Origin: Gammaproteobacteria bacterium
GTDB lineage: Bacteria; Pseudomonadota; Gammaproteobacteria; JAJFKG01
Length of the DNA: 64,000 nt
Direction: 5' to 3'
NCBI GenBank assembly: GCA_965116795.1
Contig: OZ220716.1
Span: forward strand, 938,503 to 1,002,502
Shown: positions 54,799 through 64,000 of the stretch, one piece after another
How positions within the stretch are numbered: position 1 is the first letter of the stretch
Layout of the letters: every line of letters begins with the position of its first letter
Notes under the pieces: generated by a model
Database searches by the model: none
What the model was told of the DNA's origin: nothing
The model's input: only the letters and a program-made list of their open reading frames with translations
Translations under genes and position numbers: made by a program

Positions 54799-54813
54799 TA
54801 CATAGGGGTTTTC

Positions 54814-55365
54814 ATGTCAGAGATTGAAGTGACAAAGCGCTGGTATGTCGTGCATGCCTACTCGAGTAATGAATCCAAAGTCAAGGAACAAATCTTAGAA
54901 ACGGTTGAACGTAACCGTGTTCGCGATAAGTTTGGCAAAATTTTAGTGCCAACCGAAGAAGTTGTGGAAATGCGTTCTGGGCAAAAGCGTAAAAGCCAAC
55001 GCAAGTTTTTCCCAGGTTATGTATTAGTGGAAATGGTGTTGGATGATGAGACTTGGTATCTCATTAAGAACCTCCCGGGCGTGCTGGGTTTTATTGGGGG
55101 TGCGCCTGGTAGTAAACCAGTACCACTTAGCTCGAAAGAAATGAGTAATATCTTAGAACAGTTAGAAGCAACCGTTGATAAGCCGCGGCCTAAAGTGTTG
55201 TTTGAAGCTGGTGAAGTGGTACGTGTGGCTGATGGTCCATTTGCTGACTTTAGTGGTGTTGTTGAAGAAGTGAATTATGAAAAAAGTCGTTTACGGGTAG
55301 CAGTATTGATTTTTGGGCGTTCTACTCCGGTAGAACTTGAATTTAGTCAAGTGGAGAAAACATAA
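54814..55365 (+). CDS. nusG: transcription factor NusG
   Basis: [26 protein letters not shown]. Confidence 0.98.
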   Translation: MSEIEVTKRWYVVHAYSSNESKVKEQILETVERNRVRDKFGKILVPTEEVVEMRSGQKRKSQRKFFPGYVLVEMVLDDETWYLIKNLPGVLGFIGGAPGSKPVPLSSKEMSNILEQLEATVDKPRPKVLFEAGEVVRVADGPFADFSGVVEEVNYEKSRLRVAVLIFGRSTPVELEFSQVEKT

Positions 55366-55469
55366 CATTGCATTAATTGCTATGGCCCGTAGTGATTAAT
55401 AACAATGTTCCACAAGGGGAGCTTATTCCTAGAGAGTAGGTGCTAGTACCCAAAGAGGAGAAAACAAAT

Positions 55470-55904
55470 ATGGCAAAGCAAATCACTGGCCTAATTAAAT
55501 TACAAGTGCCAGCTACGCAAGCAAATCCAAGTCCACCGGTTGGTCCTGCATTGGGTCAACATGGTGTAAATATTATGGACTTTTGTAAAGCGTTTAATGC
55601 ACAAACGCAATCATTTCAGCCGGGATCACCGGTACCTGTTGAAATTACCGTATTTAACGATCGCAGTTTTACCTTTATCGTTAAAACACCACCGGCATCG
55701 TACATGATTAAGCAAGAATTGAAATTAAAGTCGGGTAGTGGCACACCTAATACAGTGAAAGTCGGTAAATTAAACCGTGCACAATTAGAGAAAATTGCCA
55801 ATGCAAAAGAACCTGATATAACCGCGGCAGACTTAAATGCAGCCGTGCGCACTATTGCTGGTACAGCACGCAGCATGGGTGTTGATACTGAGGGGGTTGA
55901 GTAA
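55470..55904 (+). CDS. rplK: 50S ribosomal protein L11
   Basis: [15 protein letters not shown]; start set at ATG 55470 after GAGGAG. Confidence 0.98.
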   Translation: MAKQITGLIKLQVPATQANPSPPVGPALGQHGVNIMDFCKAFNAQTQSFQPGSPVPVEITVFNDRSFTFIVKTPPASYMIKQELKLKSGSGTPNTVKVGKLNRAQLEKIANAKEPDITAADLNAAVRTIAGTARSMGVDTEGVE

Positions 55905-56608
55905 TGGCAGCGACGACATTATCTAAAAAAAGACGAGTAGCGCGTGAAAAAATTCCTGAAGGCAGTGTGTACAGTTTAACTGATGCATTGACACTAATCG
56001 TTAACGAATTGCCGAAAGCAAAGTTTACTGAAACAGTTGAAATCAGTGTTAATTTAGGTGTGGATTCACGTAAATCTGATCAAGTCGTGCGTGGTGCAAT
56101 TGTGTTACCACACGGTACTGGTAAATCAGCGCGTGTTGCCGTGTTTACTCAAGGGGCTAATGTTGATGCTGCCAAAGCAGCGGGTGCTGATATTGTCGGC
56201 ATGGATGAATTAGCTGCAAAAGTAAAAGCCGGTGAAATGGATTTTGATGTAGTGATTGCTAGCCCAGATGCGATGCGTGTAGTTGGGCAGTTAGGGCAAA
56301 TTTTAGGGCCACGTGGATTAATGCCAAACCCAAAAGTGGGTACGGTTACGCCAGATGTAGCCAATGCGGTTAAAAATGCTAAAGCCGGACAGGTGCGTTA
56401 CCGTACCGATAAAAACGGCATTATTCATTGCAGTGTGGGCAAAGTAAACTTTAGCCCGACGCAATTAGCAGACAATGTAAATGCACTGATCGGTGCGTTA
56501 AAGAAAGCAAAACCGAGTAGTGCAAAAGGTATATTTATTAAAAAAGTCACATTATCTAGCACCATGGGTCCGGGCTTGGTAATCGATACTGCATCGATCA
56601 GTGACTAA
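55904..56608 (+). CDS. rplA: 50S ribosomal protein L1
   Basis: [30 protein letters not shown]. Confidence 0.98.
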   Translation: MAATTLSKKRRVAREKIPEGSVYSLTDALTLIVNELPKAKFTETVEISVNLGVDSRKSDQVVRGAIVLPHGTGKSARVAVFTQGANVDAAKAAGADIVGMDELAAKVKAGEMDFDVVIASPDAMRVVGQLGQILGPRGLMPNPKVGTVTPDVANAVKNAKAGQVRYRTDKNGIIHCSVGKVNFSPTQLADNVNALIGALKKAKPSSAKGIFIKKVTLSSTMGPGLVIDTASISD

Positions 56609-56647
56609 AACGACTTTGGTCGGTCATGTGATCTGTGATCATGTGTC

Positions 56648-56748
56648 CGTCGAAGACCGTAGGTGTTTGTGATGTCACAAACTTAATAGAATGGTCTGAA
56701 CTGCTCCTCAACTTGAGAAGTACTTCAGTTGTCGGCCTACGCAGACGG
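56648..56748 (+). promoter_or_regulatory. L10 leader (rplJ autoregulatory RNA)
   Basis: AGACCGTAGG...TTAA...CCTACGCAGACGG upstream of rplJ. Confidence 0.75.
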
Positions 56749-56847
56749 TGAACCGAGAGATATCAATTTTTTATGATGATCAGGATCACCAAAGATAGAC
56801 CAGGTTAATACGTTTTTGTATTGACCAATGGGAAGGAGGTAACCTCA

Positions 56848-57378
56848 GTGGCATTAAGGCTAGAAGATAAGAAAGCAATTGTTGCTGAAGTTGCAGACGT
56901 TGCTGCCAAAGCATTATCAGCTGTGGCGGCAGACTACCGTGGTATTAGTGTTAGCGACATGACAAAGCTGCGCGCAACGGCACGCACTAATGGTGTGTAT
57001 TTGCGGGTGGTACGTAATACGTTAGCGCGGCGTGCTGTAACAGGAACGGATTTCGAGTGCATGCAAGATGGGTTAGTTGGCCCATTGGTGTTGGCATTTT
57101 CTATTGATGATCCGGGTGCATCTGCCCGCTTATTGAAAGATTTTGCTAAAGAGTGCAATGCATTAGAAGTTAAGATGTTGTCAGTGAGTGGTAAAGTGTT
57201 ACCAGCAACTGACATCGATGTGTTAGCTAAATTACCGACATATGAGCAGGCAATTAGTCAGTTAATGTCAGTGATGCAAGCACCGATCAGCAAGTTTGTT
57301 CGTATCTTAGCAGCACCACATACTAAGTTGGTGCGCACGGTAGCTGCAATTCGCGATCAAAAGCAAACAAGTAATTAA
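56848..57378 (+). CDS. rplJ: 50S ribosomal protein L10
   Basis: GTG start after AGGAGG; [20 protein letters not shown]. Confidence 0.97.
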   Translation: MALRLEDKKAIVAEVADVAAKALSAVAADYRGISVSDMTKLRATARTNGVYLRVVRNTLARRAVTGTDFECMQDGLVGPLVLAFSIDDPGASARLLKDFAKECNALEVKMLSVSGKVLPATDIDVLAKLPTYEQAISQLMSVMQAPISKFVRILAAPHTKLVRTVAAIRDQKQTSN

Positions 57379-57411
57379 GTTAAATCAATTTAAACGTTAG
57401 GAGTCAATACA

Positions 57412-57786
57412 ATGGCCGTTTCCAAAGATGATATTTTAGAAAGCATTGCAAATATGAGTGTAATGGACGTGGTGGAGTTAATTGAAGCCATGGAAGAAAA
57501 ATTCGGTGTAACTGCTGCTGCACCGGTTGCTGTTGCTGCCGCACCTGCGGGTGGTGACGCTGCTGCTGAAGAGCAAACCGAGTTTACCGTTGTTCTGAAA
57601 AGTTTCGGTAGCAACAAAGTAGCGGTAATTAAAGCCGTACGCGGTATTACTGGGCTTGGTTTGAAAGAAGCGAAAGACTTAGTTGAAAGTGCACCATCAC
57701 CGTTGAAAGAAGGTGTATCAAAAGACGAATCTGATGAGCTAAAAAAGCAGCTTGAAGAAGCTGGTGCAGAAGTTGAGGTTAAATAA
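57412..57786 (+). CDS. rplL: 50S ribosomal protein L7/L12
   Basis: [31 protein letters not shown]. Confidence 0.98.
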   Translation: MAVSKDDILESIANMSVMDVVELIEAMEEKFGVTAAAPVAVAAAPAGGDAAAEEQTEFTVVLKSFGSNKVAVIKAVRGITGLGLKEAKDLVESAPSPLKEGVSKDESDELKKQLEEAGAEVEVK

Positions 57787-57823
57787 CCTTGACGATTGTT
57801 AGTTAATCGCATCGTGTTTATTG

Positions 57824-57859
57824 AATAAATCCCAATAGCGTTAGCTGTTGGGATTTGTT
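57824..57859 (+). terminator. rplL-rpoB intergenic hairpin (attenuator-like)
   Basis: AATAAATCCCAATAGC-GTTA-GCTGTTGGGATTTGTT. Confidence 0.6.
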
Positions 57860-57904
57860 GCTGTGAATTTTATTGATTGAAGTAAGAAACATCGAGGTAC
57901 ACTG

Positions 57905-60900
57905 ATGGAATACTCCTACACTGAGAAAAAACGCATCCGCAAAGACTTTGGTAAGCAACCGTTTGCATTGCGGATGGATGCACCTTATTTATTGAATATT
58001 CAATTAAATTCTTACCATCAATTTTTGTATTCTAAATCTACTGATATCGGTTTGGATGCAGCGTTTAAAAGTGTATTTCCGATTGCTAGTTATTCAGGCA
58101 CAGCTGAATTACATTACGTTCAGTATTCACTTGGTGAAGTGGCTTTTGATGTGCGTGAATGTCGTTTGCGTGGTCTAACCTATGCAGCACCGCTGCGAGT
58201 AAAAGTACGTTTAGTCATTTACGATAAAGAATCATCAGACAAATCTATTAAAGATGTTAAAGAACAAGAAGTGTATATGGGTGAGATGCCATTGATGACT
58301 GAAAATGGCACATTTGTAATTAATGGAACTGAACGGGTTGTTGTGTCACAGTTACATCGTTCACCTGGTGTATTCTTCGATCACGATCGCGGCAAAACGC
58401 ATTCGTCAGGTAAATTACTCTATTCTGCACGGGTGATCCCTTACCGTGGTTCTTGGCTAGATTTTGAATTTGATCCAAAAGATTGTGTGTTTGTGCGTAT
58501 TGATCGTCGTCGTAAATTACCGGCAACAATTTTACTACGTTCATTGGGGTATAGCACGGAAGAAATATTAGCAATGTTTTTTGATACGACGACCTATCGT
58601 TTCAAGAAAGATACGATCATGATGGATTTAATTCCTGACAGGATCCGTGGCGAGATTGCCCAATTTAACGTGTTGGATAACAAAGGTGAGGTTATTGTTG
58701 AAGAAGGGCGTCGGATCACCGCGCGTCACGTGCGTGAATTAGAAAAACGCAAAGTAAAAGCATTACAAGTGCCATTAGACTATTTGGTTGGCAAAGTGTT
58801 GGCAGGAGCAATCATCGATGATGAAACTGGTGAAGTGGTTGCTGAAGCCAATAGTGAAATGACTGAAGAATTATATCAAGCATTAGTTAAAGCCGGTGCT
58901 ACTGAAATTCATACGATTTATACCAATGAGTTAGATAAAGGTTCGTATATTTCCGATACCTTACGTATTGATCCAACCAGTAGTCAATTAGAAGCCCTTG
59001 TTGAAATTTATCGGATGATGCGTCCTGGTGAGCCGCCGACTAAAGATGCAGCAGAAGGGTTATTTAACAATTTATTCTTTTCCGCAGATCGTTACGATTT
59101 ATCTGCAGTCGGTCGGATGAAGTTTAATCGTCGTTTAGGCCGTGATGAATTAATTGGTTCGGGTGTGTTGGGCAACGATGATGTTGTTGATGTGTTACGT
59201 GTGTTGATCAACATTCGTGATGGATTAGGCGAAGTTGATGATATCGATCACTTAGGTAACCGTCGTGTTCGCAGTGTTGGTGAAATGACAGAAAATCAAT
59301 TTCGTGTTGGTTTGATTCGGGTTGAACGTGCAGTTAAAGAGCGTTTAAGTTTAGCTGAGTCTGAAAACTTAATGCCGCAAGATTTAATTAATGCAAAACC
59401 AGTATCAGCAGCGATTAAAGAGTTTTTTGGCTCTAGCCAATTGTCACAATTTATGGATCAAAACAATCCATTGTCTGAGGTTACCCATAAACGTCGGATT
59501 TCTGCATTAGGTCCTGGTGGATTAACCCGCGAACGTGCTGGCTTTGAAGTACGTGACGTACATACCACACATTATGGTCGAGTATGCCCGATTGAAACAC
59601 CTGAAGGACCAAACATTGGTTTGATTAATTCATTAGCTGTGTATGCGCGCACCAACGAGTTTGGTTTTTTAGAAAGTCCTTATCGTAAAGTTGTTAAAAA
59701 CAAAGTAACCGATGACATTGTGTTTTTGTCGGCAATTGAAGAAGGCGAATACGTGATTGCTCAGGCGAATGCAACGTTGGATGACAAACTTAATTTGGTT
59801 GATGACTTAGTCGCATGTCGTTATCGCAATGAATTTAGTTTAACCATTGCAGATAAAGTGCAATTCATGGATGTGTCACCAAAACAGATTGTGTCGGTAG
59901 CGGCGTCATTGATCCCATTCTTAGAGCACGACGATGCTAACCGTGCATTAATGGGATCAAACATGCAACGTCAAGCGGTACCTACCTTACGTGCAGAAAA
60001 ACCATTAGTTGGAACCGGAATGGAATTAACCGTTGCCAGAGATTCAGGGGTAACTGCGGTAGCGCGTCGTGGTGGTGTAGTTGATTTAGTCGATGCAGCA
60101 CGGATTGTAGTGCGTGTAAATGACAGTGAAACGGTACCCGGCGAAGCAGGTGTTGATATTTATAACTTGATTAAATATACCCGTTCTAATCAAAACACCT
60201 GTGTTAACCAACGTCCGTTAGTGAATGTAGGTGATGTGATTGCCAAAGGCGATGTGTTAGCTGACGGTCCATCGACTGATTTAGGTGAGTTAGCCTTAGG
60301 GCAAAACTTACTGGTCGCATTTATGCCGTGGAATGGTTACAACTTTGAAGATTCAATTCTGATTTCAGAACGCTTAGTTGAAGAAGATCGCTTTACTACC
60401 ATTCACATCGAAGAATTATCTTGTATTGCGCGTGATACCAAATTGGGATCAGAAGAAGTTACGTCTGATATTCCAAATGTAGGTGAAAGTGCATTGGGTA
60501 AATTGGATAATTCAGGGATTGTGTATGTTGGTGCTGAAGTTAATGCAGGTGATATTTTAGTTGGGAAGGTGACACCAAAAGGAGAAACCCAATTAACCCC
60601 AGAAGAAAAATTATTGCGTGCTATTTTCGGCGAGAAAGCATCTGATGTGAAAGATACCTCATTGCGTGTGCCAACTGGCATGTCAGGCACCGTGCTAGAT
60701 GTGCAAGTGTTTACGCGTGATGGTGTGGAAAAAGATGCGCGCGCATTAGAAATTGAAGAAATGGAAGTTGAAAAGGCGCGTAAAGACTTTGGCGATGAAT
60801 TGCGTATTTGTGAAGATGATGTGTATGCCAGGGTCAGTCGTTTGTTACTGAATAAAGTGGCTAATGGTGGTCCGGAAGGTTTGAAAAAAGGTGATAAGAT

Positions 60901-61972
60901 CACGCAAACGTATTTAGATAGTATTACCCGTGAAAAATGGTTTGATATTCGTTTAGGTGATGACAAAGCAAACCAACAATTAGAGCAAGCAGGCAAACAA
61001 TTAGCGCAATTTAAACAAGAGTTTGATGAAAAGTTTGCAGCAAAACGTAAGAAGCTAACCCAAGGCGATGATTTGGCACCGGGTGTGTTAAAAATCGCAA
61101 AAGTATATTTAGCGGTGAAACGCCGCATCCAACCAGGGGATAAAATGGCAGGACGTCACGGTAATAAAGGGGTGATCTCTACCATTGTGCCTGTTGAAGA
61201 TATGCCATATCTCGAAGATGGTACACCGGTTGATATCGTGCTCAATCCATTAGGGGTGCCGTCACGGATGAACGTCGGGCAAGTATTAGAAACCCATTTA
61301 GGATGGGCAGCTAAAGGGCTTGGACACAAAATCGCGAACATGTTGGAACAGCAAGAGTCAGTGGCAAACTTGCGTAGTTTCTTAGGGAAGATTTATCACA
61401 GTCATGGCTGTAAAAAAGCGGATTTAGATACGTTAAGCGATGCAGAAATCATTGCGTTATGTCGCAATTTGCGTCAAGGCGTACCAATGGCAACACCGGT
61501 ATTTGATGGTGCCAGTGAAGCGGAAATTAAATCCATGCTTGAATTGGCAGACTTACCTCAAAATGGACAGACACAATTATATGATGGCCGTACTGGTAAT
61601 CCGTTTGAACGACCAACAACGGTTGGTTATATGTACATGCTGAAATTAAATCACTTGATCGATGACAAAATGCACGCACGTTCTACCGGTTCATATAGCC
61701 TTGTGACTCAACAACCGCTAGGTGGTAAAGCACAATTTGGTGGTCAACGTTTCGGTGAAATGGAGGTATGGGCATTAGAAGCATACGGTGCTTCGTATAC
61801 CTTGCAAGAAATGTTAACGGTTAAATCCGATGATGTTAGCGGACGTACCAAGATGTATAAAAATATTGTTGACAGTGATCACCGTATGGATCCGGGTATG
61901 CCGGAATCATTTAACGTGTTGGTGAAAGAGATCCGTTCGCTGGGGATCGATATTGAGTTAGACGGCGAATAA
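57905..61972 (+). CDS. rpoB: RNA polymerase beta subunit
   Basis: [30 protein letters not shown]. Confidence 0.99.
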   Translation: MEYSYTEKKRIRKDFGKQPFALRMDAPYLLNIQLNSYHQFLYSKSTDIGLDAAFKSVFPIASYSGTAELHYVQYSLGEVAFDVRECRLRGLTYAAPLRVKVRLVIYDKESSDKSIKDVKEQEVYMGEMPLMTENGTFVINGTERVVVSQLHRSPGVFFDHDRGKTHSSGKLLYSARVIPYRGSWLDFEFDPKDCVFVRIDRRRKLPATILLRSLGYSTEEILAMFFDTTTYRFKKDTIMMDLIPDRIRGEIAQFNVLDNKGEVIVEEGRRITARHVRELEKRKVKALQVPLDYLVGKVLAGAIIDDETGEVVAEANSEMTEELYQALVKAGATEIHTIYTNELDKGSYISDTLRIDPTSSQLEALVEIYRMMRPGEPPTKDAAEGLFNNLFFSADRYDLSAVGRMKFNRRLGRDELIGSGVLGNDDVVDVLRVLINIRDGLGEVDDIDHLGNRRVRSVGEMTENQFRVGLIRVERAVKERLSLAESENLMPQDLINAKPVSAAIKEFFGSSQLSQFMDQNNPLSEVTHKRRISALGPGGLTRERAGFEVRDVHTTHYGRVCPIETPEGPNIGLINSLAVYARTNEFGFLESPYRKVVKNKVTDDIVFLSAIEEGEYVIAQANATLDDKLNLVDDLVACRYRNEFSLTIADKVQFMDVSPKQIVSVAASLIPFLEHDDANRALMGSNMQRQAVPTLRAEKPLVGTGMELTVARDSGVTAVARRGGVVDLVDAARIVVRVNDSETVPGEAGVDIYNLIKYTRSNQNTCVNQRPLVNVGDVIAKGDVLADGPSTDLGELALGQNLLVAFMPWNGYNFEDSILISERLVEEDRFTTIHIEELSCIARDTKLGSEEVTSDIPNVGESALGKLDNSGIVYVGAEVNAGDILVGKVTPKGETQLTPEEKLLRAIFGEKASDVKDTSLRVPTGMSGTVLDVQVFTRDGVEKDARALEIEEMEVEKARKDFGDELRICEDDVYARVSRLLLNKVANGGPEGLKKGDKITQTYLDSITREKWFDIRLGDDKANQQLEQAGKQLAQFKQEFDEKFAAKRKKLTQGDDLAPGVLKIAKVYLAVKRRIQPGDKMAGRHGNKGVISTIVPVEDMPYLEDGTPVDIVLNPLGVPSRMNVGQVLETHLGWAAKGLGHKIANMLEQQESVANLRSFLGKIYHSHGCKKADLDTLSDAEIIALCRNLRQGVPMATPVFDGASEAEIKSMLELADLPQNGQTQLYDGRTGNPFERPTTVGYMYMLKLNHLIDDKMHARSTGSYSLVTQQPLGGKAQFGGQRFGEMEVWALEAYGASYTLQEMLTVKSDDVSGRTKMYKNIVDSDHRMDPGMPESFNVLVKEIRSLGIDIELDGE

Positions 61973-62007
61973 ATTTATTCATGTGTAAAGTGTTTAACAG
62001 TAACTAA

Positions 62008-64000
<1,993 letters not shown>

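Noticed and set aside
59425-59520. Rifampicin-resistance substitutions in rpoB
   Set aside because: [26 protein letters not shown] carries the susceptible residues

Overview
AT-rich gammaproteobacterial chromosome segment. The gene content and several effector-like proteins suggest a Legionellales/Coxiellales-like, host-associated lineage (inference). Core backbone: aroK, rdgC, gloB, dienelactone hydrolase-hemF-tsaC-topA-smg-dprA-LysM, fmt-rsmB, lptM-lysA-recG, anmK-M23 peptidase, tyrS, a complete 16S-23S-5S operon, and tRNA-Tyr/Gly/Thr-tuf-tRNA-Trp-secE-nusG-rplKAJL-rpoB-rpoC (partial). Accessory content includes a 3020-aa RTX/FG-GAP adhesin with a 420-bp repeat array, an intact IS982-family element with two MITEs sharing its ends, and dprA broken by a 238-bp tandem duplication. 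There is also a Sel1-repeat effector-like protein followed by a frameshifted paralog, an outer-membrane protein, and a decayed TA pair. The rRNA spacer has no tRNA and carries two ERIC-like palindromes. An islet after 5S holds an ISAs1 remnant, a MazF-type TA module and an atypical kinase fused to about 17 35-aa repeats whose variable residues co-vary; this kinase is the best candidate for something new. All calls are by eye; no database searches were run.
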